A stretch of 34,096 bases of DNA from Perkinsus chesapeaki ATCC PRA-425 (taxonomy: Eukaryota > Protista > Perkinsozoa). The translations under genes were made by a program, and so were the position numbers. Within the stretch, counting starts at the first letter, position 1, and the number at the start of each line of letters is the position of its first letter. The DNA lies in NCBI GenBank assembly GCA_013115145.1, contig JAAPAO010000385.1, positions 1 through 34,096 on the forward strand. The letters are read 5' to 3'. The notes beneath the pieces were generated by a model. The model was not told where the DNA came from. It ran no database searches and saw only the letters and a list, made by a program, of their open reading frames with translations. Positions 21,260-31,489 of the stretch are shown piece by piece.

Positions 21260-23779
21260 CTAGCCTTGGAGCTCGCCCTTAATGATGTCGAAATGACTGA
21301 ATGGTACGAACGAGTAGCCGTCGCCCATGTAGAACTTGGACTGGAACTCCACCCAGTGCAGACGAAGGGTATGGAGGAAGCACTCCAAGACATCCATGAA
21401 CATAAGTACACCCAAAGTAATACCGAAAAGGACAGCCCAAGAGCAGTAGATGTAGATGGGGCTAGCCCAGCTAGTGGACTGGAGGGCACCCTGCATAATC
21501 ATCTGGAAGAACACCACAGAAAGCTGCTGATGCGCCAAGGACAAAGCCCAAAGACGCAAGTACGACGCGGTATGGGATACGCAACCAAGAACGTATTCGA
21601 TGGTCTCGATCATCTGGTAGATCCAGACCTCATCCATACCCTCCTCCTCGGGCTCCTGCTGTTCGGCGGCCTTGTTCTCCTTATCAAGGAGGGCCTGAGC
21701 CTCGATATCGTCGTTGGCAACAGCGGTACGGCCTCTCTTCTTATCTCTGATAGACCTCTGGATTTGTATAATAATAGGCTTGGGCAGAAGCATAACGGGA
21801 ACAGAGATCACAACAGCCAGCATGAGCCACTTCTGGACAACGGGCTGGCTGAGATACAGTGGCTGCTTATCAGCCTGACCAAGACCAAAGGAGATCAGAG
21901 TGTTGATAAGGGAAGGTGGGCCGTTGAGTGCTGGGTCCTGGGTAACTGGGGTGACCCACTTATAGATAATCATCCAGTCCATGTAACCAAAGAAGCCCAA
22001 GAGGAATACCATCTGAGGGATGGCAACGAAGACAAAGTCAACCCAGTGTCTGAAGTAGGCATCATTACCGAACTTAAGGCAGACACCAAAGATCATTTGA
22101 ACGACACCGAATAGAACAGAAAGCTTCATCTTCAAGGAGTTCATGAACAAAAGCTCGTTAGTAGCACCATGCCACGAAGGATCGATACCGAAGGGATAAG
22201 GACCGCTACCTTCACCGGTGTTAAGAGTATCAAACCATGGCTTAGGCTGCATCTCGAAGTTCATACCGTGGCCGTAATCGGCGGGATCCTCATAACGAGC
22301 AGTACCGAACCAATGGATACCAACACCAAGGAGATCGTTGTACATGCAACCAGCGTAGATGGCAAAGAGACCCATAAACAGAAGCAAGTAGCGAGCGTAA
22401 ACCAGACCCTGCTCCATACCGCTGTCACTGTACTTCCACTTCTTAGCGTTGGACAAAGCCCAGAGAGCAAAGCAAGTAATCAAAGTGCCATGACCGACAT
22501 CACCGTACATAATACCGAACATGAAGGGGAAGGTGATGATGCTCACAACACCGGCGTTGAACTCCTGATAACGAGGGATGCCGTAGGTATCGACCAAGTT
22601 CTGGAAGGCAGCGGTGAACTCGTTAGTCTTGGTGTAGGTAGGGGGAGAGTTCCTCGGCTTACCGGCATCGGTGACAAGCATGGCCGAAGCAGGATAGTCC
22701 GACTCGGCAAGAACACGACGGATAGAGTCCTCGTCCTTAGTAGGATACCAGCAATCACATCTCAGAGTGACATCACCCTCGAAGAGGTTAAGGGTAGCGT
22801 AGATGTTCCTCTCTTTGATGCAGAAAAGCCTCCACTCCTCAATACGAGAGTTACCGCCCATACGGATAGGCTCAACAAGGCCCTTGGCCTCATCGCGAAT
22901 AAACTTGTCGAAGCCAGCCAAGGCATGGCTCTTATCGGCAATGATGCCCTCCAAGTCGGCGATTCTTCTAGTAGCCTCCTCCTTAGTGGCGGGCCACTGA
23001 TAGAGATGAACACCGACAGCGGTGCAGATACGATTGAGCTTGGCTGACATGTAACTGGAAGCCGCGTGACCTTGGAAGTAGATAACAAAGACACTCTTGC
23101 GACTGTCGGGGATCTCAACGAACTGGGTGAAGGTGTTACCACGAGTAGCACGGAAGACGGTTCTGGCGAAGCTGTCTTGATCTTCCATCTTCACAACACC
23201 AGCTATGTTAGAGAACTCCATGCCCATGCGCTCTCTACCAGTACCGCGAGCTGTGGGCTCGCCTTGGAGAAGAGGCTCCTCGACAGCAGCAGCGCCACCA
23301 GCAGATACAGACCCAGAGCTCAGACTGGCCTTAACGACGTTCAACTCCTCGATGGCCGAATCCAGCTCGGTGTTAAGCTCTTCATTGTTACCACAGAAAC
23401 GAACGAACTGCTCGTAGACTCTCTTGACCTCGGCCTCGAGAGTGTCGAGGGTGAACTCATCATCATGGTCCAAGAAGTCATCAATACGGTTCTTATACAG
23501 GGTGACATCAGGCATCTTAGCGAGCTCGTTGTTGAGAACGCGAAGCATGCGCTCCATGTCCTCAATACGTTGGACGTACTTGCGATAAGGCCTGAAGACC
23601 AAGCTGTTAGCTCGGCCATACAGAGCGAATCGAAAGGCTTACCTCTGCATAACGGAGGAGTTCATATCCTCAAACATGAGCTTGGTCTTGTTACCCAGAA
23701 GGTCAACATAGTTCCTGGCATACTCGTGCGGCAGCACGACAGTGCCGTGAGTCATAAACTCACTACGAAGGATTCCCAT
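21260..23779 (-). CDS. ATP6V0A: V-type H+-ATPase V0 subunit a, copy 3 (exons 23779-23643 and 23591-21260; 822 aa)
   Basis: Same motifs, SHTASYLRLWALSLAH; 51-nt intron (23592-23642) at the identical position. Confidence 0.95.
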
Positions 23780-24612
23780 AGTGTTGAGATACGCAAAACC
23801 AACACTGACAAAGAGTTACACAAAGAGAACAACATCTCCTCTAGTCTTATAGTAATAATAATTATAAGATAAGTCGCTAAACGATGAGGCTAAACGATCA
23901 AAGGACATTCAATTTGAGAGGCTGCGCAAGCTTTGCCGCTGAGGAAGTGCAAGATTTTGCTAGTGCGCAAGATGCTTACTTTTTAGGATCGTGGATTCCG
24001 TCGTACGCGCTCAAGTATCGTGTTAGGCCTCTTAATACTCACCAATGGTGCGTATCTCATCGCGAGGACGCGAACGTGCTCATCAATCTACAACCATCAT
24101 CACAAACTCGCGTCCTCTCGAGACCCCCGAATGGAAACCTCTGTCGGTCAGCTCGACCACCACCGTTGCCGCGCCCCCACTTGCGGCGCAGAGCGTCGAG
24201 CTGAGCCTTGCAGCTCAATGCGAGAAAGCAAGCACTAGGAAGTACACTCGCATATATTATAATATTCAAACAGGACAGGTGGGCACCGATGCGAGGGCCA
24301 CTTTGGAACCAAAATTATTGCTGCGCATCGGAGCTGACGGCAGCGGATCTAGTGCACTCGCCAGGTGCAAATGATGATAGTCAAGAATCTATCCGTGCAT
24401 CTCACAATTAAACTCTCATAGGTTACACGCAGTAGCTTTATGAGAACATTTTGACAAAATTCCGAGTGGTTTTCGCGCCTCCTAAACAGCAGTGCATAGC
24501 CTTTGGCTTGGAGTCGGTGGGGGAAACCGAGTAGTCACCTTGCCGAGGCTAGTAGACACATCTGAGCTCCCTTGCGTAGCCTTATGAGATAGGCTAATTT
24601 ATTGTGCTTCAG

Positions 24613-27600
24613 GTTGTCATCACCTTCGTATTCTCTATAGTAGGGCTTGTGTTCTTCTGGATACTAGTAGAAGTTCTGGTGCGTCGGAAGATCACCAACC
24701 AGCTGTATGACATCACGGAGGGTCCTTCTGGAATCTCCCTCGCCAAAGGTACATGCAACGATTGAAGCACCCGCGATCGCGGGGAGTTGATGCGTGCGGA
24801 CTCGACATGCGCAATCTCCCGCCCGAGCCGGACAATCCTCGAGGGCATTTCAAATCGATCTTCCATGGTACGCTCGCTGGTCACGAACCCTCTAGGAGAC
24901 TTAATTTCCGCCCAGCCGTTCGCAGTCTGACGGCAGCCAGCAACGACAAGAGAGGCGATGACGAGCGACTTCTCAGCATCATCGGACTGGATGCATTCAT
25001 GGTGCTCCGCTTTCTAAAAATGAGCCTTATTTTCTGCACTGTCTCCACAGCGTAGGAGTCTAGCTGCAGACAGCTGTTATAGAGCCTCAATAACAGATAC
25101 GTCATGCTCGTATTGGTACCGGTGTACTACGCTCAGCCGGCATCGGGAGAAACCGTCGGTAACGGAATCTCCTACATAAACTCCTCACACATAAATCGAG
25201 ATAACGTATCGCACGCCTGGGTCTCGGTGAGAAAATCTTCCGGGTGCGCTTGGATGGTATCTTGCCAGGTCATCAGCTGCTACGCACTTACCTTTTTCAT
25301 CTGCGCGCTGATGCGATACGAATGGAAACATTATGCACGCATGCGCACGGTCTGGCTCGGACAAATCCGGGAATCCACGCGACAGGTGACAAGAAAGCTT
25401 CTAAGCTTTCTTTCGAGAGCTAACAGCATCATCAGATCCGTCACACTGTGATGGTTGAGAGCATACCGCCACAGTACCGATCGAGGCGGGCCATTATAGA
25501 GTACTTCGAGAGGATTCTTGGCAGAGGCAGCGTCTACTGCGCGTAGGCCCTGGCCCTGACGACGATCCAACGCAATTAGGTCACATGCTGCTCATTAGGT
25601 ATGTCTGTCGGGATACGGCCAGCCTGCACAAGATGCTTTCACAGCGGAGCCGACGCCAGTTCCTTGCAGACATATCTTGTGACTCGGGAGGAAGTGAGCA
25701 CTGCTGTGGGGGAGGGTCGGTAGGCCGATTGGCAGACCTGGAGGAGATCGAGAGAATTGAGGAGAAAATCGAGAAGACCAGACGAAAGCTGCGCGTGATG
25801 CACGAACGAGGAGCTCTGCTCAGGAAGGACCTGCCTAGCCCGGCGGCGGCAAGGACTGGTGCCCCGTCGCCGACCAGAGAGAAATTCGCCAGGCACGATT
25901 CTGCTGCGTTGCAAAGTAAGCGAGGACTCGAGGCACATTTTGCAAGTTTCGGCATTAGGCGCCGTGAAGGCCATCGACCGAGCTGTTGGATTGATACCAT
26001 CAGTTATTGATGATAGGGACTGTGGGTTGGCCAGCGGACTGGTGGAGGACAAAATCTGACCTTAGGCACGGCTTTGGTTACCTTTGTGGACATGCGATGT
26101 CGATCAGCCGTCTCACAGTTGAGTCTGTCGCAGGAGCCTAACCATTGGTAGGATCTCATCGCGATGTGTCGGACTTCATTGGCAGGCACGTTAGGGAGGC
26201 TCCGATGCCCAGTGATCTCATCTGGGAGAATATGACTGTTGCGCGTCACGTCACAGGTGGTGATTCGCCTCAACACTGCTCGTTATATTGAACGTATTTC
26301 AGAGACCAGAGGGAAAGTCGTCTTCGCTTTACTCGTCGTCTGGGGTCTCTTCTACACTGTGCCGATCGCCGCCATACAGGAGCTCGCCTCGACGCTTACC
26401 TTTAACAGTATCCTTCCTCGCTTGTCCAGTCCAATGGCTCTCCCTCAGACACTGGGGCCAACGAAGATCCTCCGCTGTTCAGCAGAGATTGGTGGATCCA
26501 GCTTGTTCACTTGTAGATAATCCGAGCAGCAGCTCACGTCACATTGGCATGTTTGTTGTTGCAGATACCTCCCCACGTTCCTTCAACTGGTCCTGCTCCT
26601 AGCACTACCGGCCATTTTCAGATTCGCCGCGGTTTAGTAAGCTCGTTCGTCTATTCGTAATGCTGTTAGTTGGAGTGCTTCAGTTACGAGCGTTATAAGC
26701 TTCGGAGCGAGGTCACCATGCACGTAGCTCGACGCTTCTTTGTCTTTCAAATGCTCACCGTCTATGTTATCGTAATTCCGCTCCTCTTGACCTCCATCTC
26801 GCCCCCCAACACTGCTCCGCAGGTCCTTGGCGAGCTTTGGCTCAACCTCGGTGACATATGGGACAAGTACTCAGCCGCCGACACAACCGTGTGTCTATTG
26901 AAGGCTATCGGGAAGGTGAGCTCCTGTCCGGCCCTGATAGTAGCCCAGGTTGCCTGCCCTCAGGACGTCCCAAATGTGGCGGTATACTTCATTACAGTTG
27001 TGTGCGCGAAGATCGTTACGAATGTCGGGTAGGTCTGACCCGCTCGCACCGTCTCTGAGATTTCCGCCCTCGCCTTCAGCATGGCCACTTTCCATCCATT
27101 TGAGCTATGTGCCCTTTTAATCGGTTATTTCCGCATGGAGCCCCAACAGAGGAAGTACTGGGTGGAAGACGGACGGCCTGTTTGGGAGATAGAACAGAAA
27201 GCTGCTGCCGAAGATCGCCGCAGACCCGGAGGTAAGTTCGAATTCGACGGCGTAGGCGGCGTAGGCCCAGTGCACCGTTAGTTAATTCTGGCCCAGAGCT
27301 GCTTCCGCCTATATACGAGAACAAGCTGACTCCTCCGACTCGGTGGGACTTGGCGCATGTCTACTACAGCGAGGATGTGCCCAATATATTATTTGTAAGT
27401 CGTAAGCCGGCCAGTTAGTTGTTCGCTGAAGTTTACTTGTTCAGGTCCTGAATATCTGCATTACCTTTGCAGTCATATCGCCTCTGGTCCTGGGTAATCC
27501 TCGAGAGGCGCTTCACTCTGACCCTCTCCTGTCCTCAGTTGCTGGATCTATTTTCTTCCTCTGCGCCTGGGTGGCATTTACCTACCAATTCGCCCATATG

Positions 27601-28323
27601 CACACACATGCCTATGAGACCGGCGGTTTGATTTGGAAGCATCACTTCATGGTAGCTCCTTGTCCTCATTCCACCGAAGCTCACCTTATGGCAGTGCATT
27701 TGCGTGAGCCTTGCTTTGAGCCACATCGTATTGCTGGGAGTTCTCATTGCCAAGTTCGACATGCAAGACAGGGTGGCACACGCCCAGATCATAGCCGTCT
27801 TGGTGCTGCCGTTTTTCGTGGTAGGAACGTTCCTTCGTCCTCGTCGCGTTTCTAGCATCCTTCAGTGGCTTTACTACCGCAATTGCGTCTCGACGTACAC
27901 TCGTTGCACCGAGTATGTGTCATTGAGCGTGGCCGCAGGTCTGGACGGTTCGGTGAAGACAAAGTAAGCCTACGCGCTTCTGCGGTGGCAACCGTGTTCA
28001 TATTCAGGGCAGCAATAGGGCAAGTCGACCCTGTTATCGACGAAAGCTTCTCTCCGGAGCTCTACGTGCACCCTTTCCTCCAGAACCGAACGCCTATATA
28101 CGACATTCGGGGCCCTTTGCCGCAGCAGGTCGCCGTGAAGTCTGATGATTCGGCGGCTGCCTCTGCGATGACGGCTCCTTCCATGGAAGTAGCATCATCT
28201 GTCCGAGACACAGAAGTTTCGGCAATAGTGCAGAAGGAGACCGATGATGATGATGATGATTTTTCTGATGCGGAGAGTGCTGCTGAAAGCATGGGAGCCG
28301 AGCCGGATGAAACCGTCGTTTGA
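24613..28323 (+). CDS. CSC1/OSCA/TMEM63 (ERD4/RSN1-like) ion channel, multi-exon; may begin further upstream (~24045)
   Basis: Exon peptides IGLDAFMVLRFL and LVLVPVY (RSN1_TM), MRYEWKHYARMR, AFVTF..PMPSDLIWENM (PHM7_cyt into the 7TM region), LFYTVPIAAIQELAS, RRFFVFQ, VAVYFITVV, YVHPFL, and an acidic tail ending at 28323. Confidence 0.8.
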
Positions 28324-28404
28324 TATGGGAAGACGTCATCAGGCCTCTTGTGACCATTCACTGATTGATATTATCATGTTGCTTTTGCGACTATTAATGC
28401 ATGC

Positions 28405-29434
28405 TTGATCGTGTCGGATGGTCTACCCACTAAACGCGCTGTTGTTGTTCGAAAAACAGTTGTCAATCACGATAGTGCAGACGCAGTCTTCATCGCCATG
28501 GAGCCGGGAGTCGAAACTGCTAGAAGGCAAGATGTCACGGACTCCTTCGTTTCTCGTTCACGGAGAGCGGGGGCTGGCATCGCCTTCCCGCCGGAGGGCT
28601 TCACAGTTGGCGTTACCTCGCTTATAGAGATCGCTGCCTTCCGGAATGGAAGGCGAGACCATGACTGGTGGGCGGCGTTGGTCCCTCAATCGATTGGGAC
28701 AATGCGCAGACTAGTGGGCGATACAGTCTCAGTTCTTTATCAAGTAAGACCGCTAGGAGGTCCGAGACAACGCGGGGGCTCATTCAAGGTGGCTGCATCC
28801 AAGAAGAGCGGATGGACACTTATGGACGCCTCTGACAAGATAGTGCCACCGGGGATCGAACCCGGGTGTATGGCTATGACTCCCTCAGAAGTAACGGGAA
28901 AGGCTACAGAAACAGCGGCAACTGGTGTATACGTTTTTAATGAACTATTTCAAGCGAGCTATTGCCATGGAGACACTAGCCCAGGCGACACTCCGAAACT
29001 GCTAGTAGAAGCGATAACAGAAGACTTCTGGGGCCGCCAACGCCACGAAGGTTATGGCTTCTTGGATCTCCCTCAGGTAGAGTTTGACATAGACAAGCAC
29101 AAGTTATCCAAACCCTTTACAAAAGAGGCCAAGATCTCCTCCTAGGTACATGGTCGACTAGAGGTTGAGGTGCCGCTTTGGAAGACACCATCATCGAACC
29201 CTCAAAGAGATGCATGGTGTGGCACTTTTGATCCTCTTCTATCAAGATCGTTGATCGTTTTTGATACCCGAGGCCAGCAACGAGGAGCGAATTCGGCCCT
29301 CGTGCCGGGGAAGGGTACTCGCCTGACATATCGCTGAGCAACTTGAGCACGACTCAGGCGACACGAAGTTCATCCGCGGTCTGAAGAATGGAGTTGTCGA
29401 TGTGAAGATTGATACTGTTGTCATTTTTCCATAA
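28405..29434 (+). CDS. B9-domain (B9-C2) ciliary transition-zone protein, MKS1-like; start uncertain
   Basis: PKLLVEAITEDFWGRQRHEGYGFLDLPQ|VHGRLEVEVPLWKT resembles the B9 core (D.WxRxRxEGYG...LP...W). A putative last exon reads ...GVVDVKIDTVVIFP* with TAA at 29432-29434. Confidence 0.7.
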
Positions 29435-29464
29435 AGAAATGTGAAACTGCCAAGTCCATCTCGT

Positions 29465-29486
29465 CAAGCCATTGGCTTGAAGCCAA
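29465..29486. other. Perfect +14 inverted-target scar, target CAAGCCAA
   Basis: CAAGCCA + TTGGCTTG + AAGCCAA; 14/14; 31 bp after the B9 gene stop. Confidence 0.9.
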
Positions 29487-29606
29487 GGACGGTAGGCATG
29501 CAGTTCCTCAAGACATGACTCACACATGTGATCAATTGTTATGTTGAGTTGTGTAGCTGGCAATCCTTCGGAGGCGACCGCACACTGCGTATGCATGGCT
29601 GGAACT

Positions 29607-29628
29607 TCTAGATAGTCTGGACCAGACT
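29607..29628. other. Aged +14 inverted-target scar (12/14), target TCCAGACT
   Basis: T CTAGAT A GTCTGG A CCAGAC T: both apex bases are correct; the two mismatches are both C>T in the left hexamer. Confidence 0.55.
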
Positions 29629-30669
29629 GGGAGGCGCTCCACTAATTCACATCATTGAAGCCTCGTCTAGGAATCCTAGACTAGAGCCAGCTAATACACT
29701 CTTTACCGCTTAATAACGCATAATGCAAGTCGTGTTGACGGTGCTAACACAAGCGTTGGCTTAACGCATCCATAGGGTTGATGTATGTTCGAGTAGAGTA
29801 GCCTGTACTTGCCTCATTTTTGTCAATTTCGAGCTCGTCGACCAACAAGAGACTAGGATCATTATTGCTCCCTGAATAAACCCTAGATGAACTTGGTTTC
29901 TCACATCTGAAGGTCTATTGTCATCATTGTCACAATATTGTTCCCTGGCAGGATATCCTGGAACTCCCTCCAATCTCCCACACTCAGCGGTTTTACATAA
30001 CGGGGGTGAGTGATTTACAGTGCATCTCTAGTGACGATAAAACAGTCGTGCTCCGAGTGATTCGGTGTTTGTTCCTACGTGGTGAAGTCTTATTGTCGAC
30101 GAGAAGATAAAGCACATAAAGCACAAGCCGGCATCTCGAATCGTTCACCAATGAGAAAACGCCAGGATGAGAATTGCCGGTAAGGGGGACCCTCGAAGAC
30201 CCTCGCAACAGCATTTGTATTGTGCTGCGGCGTTAGAGGGTCAGTATAAGGGCATATGACCACCACGTGCTTCAGTTGGATAGTTGCAGTTAGTGATGCT
30301 ATATCATCCTTTATATACTCATGTTTTCGCTAGTGGTTCGACTTGGACACGAGGTGTTGTGTTCTTCCGAGTGTTTCTCCGAATCATGTCCAACTCCGCT
30401 ATAGAGGTATGAGAACACTGGGTGAACACAACACGTTTTACCAACGAGTTTTCCCTCTCGCTGGTCGGACCCAAGCGCTGGGGACGTGGATATTCGAAAA
30501 AAACACATTTTGGGGGGGGACACCCTGTAGTTGATACTTTCAATTACGACATTTCAGTAGAAAATAAATATGATAATAGATACCAAATAACTTATGATAC
30601 AAACGATAGTACTTACGATATAAAGCTGTTTAAAGCAGCCCGACTGTTTTTTCGGTGAACTCCGGCTGG

Positions 30670-30691
30670 CTCCTAGCCTAGGAGTCCTTGG
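30670..30691. other. +14 inverted-target scar (13/14), target CTCCTAGG
   Basis: CTCCTAG + CCTAGGAG + TCCTTGG (one A>T). Confidence 0.8.
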
Positions 30692-30888
30692 AGCGTTCTC
30701 ATGAGAGGGATTTGCAGATTCGTGTTCGATAAAATCCTCTTCGATTCTAGAATCCATCTGAATCCATCCATCCATCCTAGAATCTATTCGAAGCCGCGGG
30801 TTCAATGATTATTCCACGAACGCTCTTCAAACGAGCATTCCAGACGCTCCTGGGTACCTAGCTTCGCACTGTTTGTTCAACAGCCGGA

Positions 30889-30910
30889 GTTCTACGGTAG
30901 AACTTCTACC
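30889..30910. other. Perfect +14 inverted-target scar, target GTTCTACC
   Basis: GTTCTAC + GGTAGAAC + TTCTACC; 14/14. Confidence 0.9.
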
Positions 30911-31179
30911 ATACATATCTACGTATCTACTTATGTATGTATAGTAGCTGCCATCAAAGACCGTCGCACCATCACTGTGCTATATGTATCGTATTGGAAA
31001 AGTATCGTCTCCTCTTTATAGTGAATTATCCGAACCCAATAAATATACGAACTTGAGAGGAGAACTTAACTTATTACGTTCATAAAATTGCATTACAAGG
31101 CACTAGCGTCACGCCATGCACAACACAGAAAATGGGACAATTGTTGTGGGATGAGATATCATACAGTATCTGGGACAAG

Positions 31180-31210
31180 TTGAAGTCCCACACTCAGTGT
31201 GGGACTTCAA
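31180..31210. repeat. Perfect 15-bp inverted repeat with a 1-nt centre
   Basis: TTGAAGTCCCACACT-C-AGTGTGGGACTTCAA. Confidence 0.9.
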
Positions 31211-31489
31211 GACGGCCTTCACTATTGTCGTGGGAACCTCACCACAGGCGTGCGCTAATTAATTTGTATGATCATGAAACAGTAAGATTCCTATATGTAA
31301 CTGTATGTTCCATGATCTAGAACCATTAGCATGAGCGAGCTGTATACTCGCATTCGATATGAGACTGATTGTATCTTGTTAGCATACTTTTCCAGTCTTT
31401 CTTGAATTGACTGTATCTGCGTCACTACGGCTGTCTCCTAGTATCCCTACAGTTAATCTACAAGTGTTTGGTTACGAGTACCCCGGCTA

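Noticed and set aside
19146-23872. Long plus-strand ORFs (19146-20051, 21266-22114, 22169-23047, 23066-23872)
   Set aside because: Antisense shadows of the codon-biased V-ATPase genes; no independent protein features.
23876-23898. 10-bp direct repeat GCTAAACGAT separated by 3 nt (and 8-bp repeats at 12138, 20585, 30188)
   Set aside because: Near chance expectation and lacking the inverted-core geometry; not counted as footprints.
29760-29900. NDPSLLLVDE Walker-B-like peptide on the minus strand
   Set aside because: No Walker A or other ATPase context, and stops nearby.
30999-31020. Candidate polypurine tract and 3' LTR for the retroelement
   Set aside because: The purine run is not followed by TG, and no LTR pair can be tested because the 5' end is outside the window.
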